From contig JAUSGQ010000002.1 of assembly GCA_030674455.1 (NCBI GenBank), positions 6,207-70,206 on the forward strand: a stretch of DNA of 64,000 nucleotides. The letters run 5' to 3'. The DNA comes from a bacterium (lineage in GTDB: Bacteria > Patescibacteriota > Minisyncoccia > Phycocordibacterales > UBA2100). Below the pieces are notes generated by a model. The model ran no database searches, was not told the origin of the DNA, and saw only the letters and a list, made by a program, of their open reading frames with translations. The position numbers and the translations under genes are program-made. The stretch's first letter is position 1; each line of letters begins with the position of its first letter. This document shows, piece by piece, positions 63,585-64,000 of this stretch.

Positions 63585-64000
63585 ATGGCGCGGCTCACAT
63601 GTCACGGAGGGGCGGGAACGGTGACCGGGGCTAATTTCTTGCTTGATTTTGGAGATTCGCCAGCCGGCAAAAAGATTCTTGTCGATTGCGGTATTCATGA
63701 GCGAGATGAAGCATGCGACCCAAGAAACTATGGTGCATTTCCATACGACCCGAAAACAATAGACGCACTTTTTATCACGCACGCGCATGCAGACCATATA
63801 GGCCGCGTGCCAAAGCTCGTGCGCGACGGATTCAAAGGCGTTATCTATTCTACGCCTGCGACAAAAGAACTTTCGGGGCTCATGTTTGACGATGCGCTGA
63901 ACGTCATGAGGCAAGACTTAAGCATGGAATCGTGCGGAATGTTGTACGAAGAAGCAGATGTCGAGCAAGCGCTTTCTCTATGGCAAACGCACGAGTATCA
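63585..64000 (+). CDS. MBL-fold beta-CASP-type metallo-hydrolase, N-terminal part; runs off the window end
   Basis: MARLTCHGGAGTVTGANFLLDFGD...ITHAHADHIG (the HxHxDH motif). There is no stop before position 64000. Confidence 0.7.
   Translation, partial: MARLTCHGGAGTVTGANFLLDFGDSPAGKKILVDCGIHERDEACDPRNYGAFPYDPKTIDALFITHAHADHIGRVPKLVRDGFKGVIYSTPATKELSGLMFDDALNVMRQDLSMESCGMLYEEADVEQALSLWQTHEY

Noticed and set aside
63528-63914. 128-aa minus-strand ORF at the window end
   Set aside because: It is antisense to a clearly conserved MBL-fold/beta-CASP N-terminus (HGGAGTVTGANFLLD...HAHADH) on the plus strand.
1-64000. CRISPR arrays, rRNA genes, integrases/recombinases
   Set aside because: No regularly spaced direct repeats with unique spacers, no rRNA-like segments, and no tyrosine/serine recombinase ORFs were seen. 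The only transposase-like gene is the RAYT at 61283.

Overview
This is a 64-kb window from a ~50% GC bacterial chromosome. It uses the standard genetic code: both prfA and prfB are present. Many starts lack a Shine-Dalgarno and sit directly after a -10 box, so leaderless mRNAs appear frequent. The backbone is housekeeping. It includes purT (5' partial) and purN, bifunctional thrA, murD and murC, and an FMN-riboswitch-controlled riboflavin operon (ribE-ribH-ribBA-ribD). It also includes prfB, ftsE/ftsX, pyrG, an IMPDH-like gene, the proline operon (proC-proA-proB), and a pentose-phosphate/shikimate cluster. That cluster runs gap-rpiB-rpe-aroQ-aroE-DAHP synthase-aroB-split transketolase. Beyond it lie rplY, a RAYT (REP-associated tyrosine transposase), rpmE, prfA and a 3' partial beta-CASP MBL-fold hydrolase, plus three tRNAs (Leu-CAG, Thr-CGT, Gln-CTG).

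Accessory content:
(i) An AdoCbl riboswitch controls a two-gene operon of DUF4430 / transcobalamin-like surface proteins, next to a thrombospondin-type-3-repeat protein.
(ii) There is an AbiEii-type nucleotidyltransferase toxin with a small coupled upstream ORF, and a DUF4258/DUF2283 toxin-antitoxin pair.
(iii) Two paralogous four-helix-bundle (23S rRNA IVS protein family) genes and a PPC/DUF296 gene are wedged into the PPP/shikimate cluster and between the split transketolase halves.
(iv) A RAYT is bracketed by its own hairpin repeats.

The most striking feature is at least four families of short (24-60 bp) palindromic repeats. Many copies sit inside housekeeping genes in frame and without stops: murD, murC, ribBA, capA (twice), proC, aroB and the DUF4430 gene. 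They add 8-15 residue Ala/Gly/Pro/Gln-rich loops. This resembles the Rickettsia palindromic element (RPE) phenomenon.

I found no CRISPR array, rRNA or integrase in the window.
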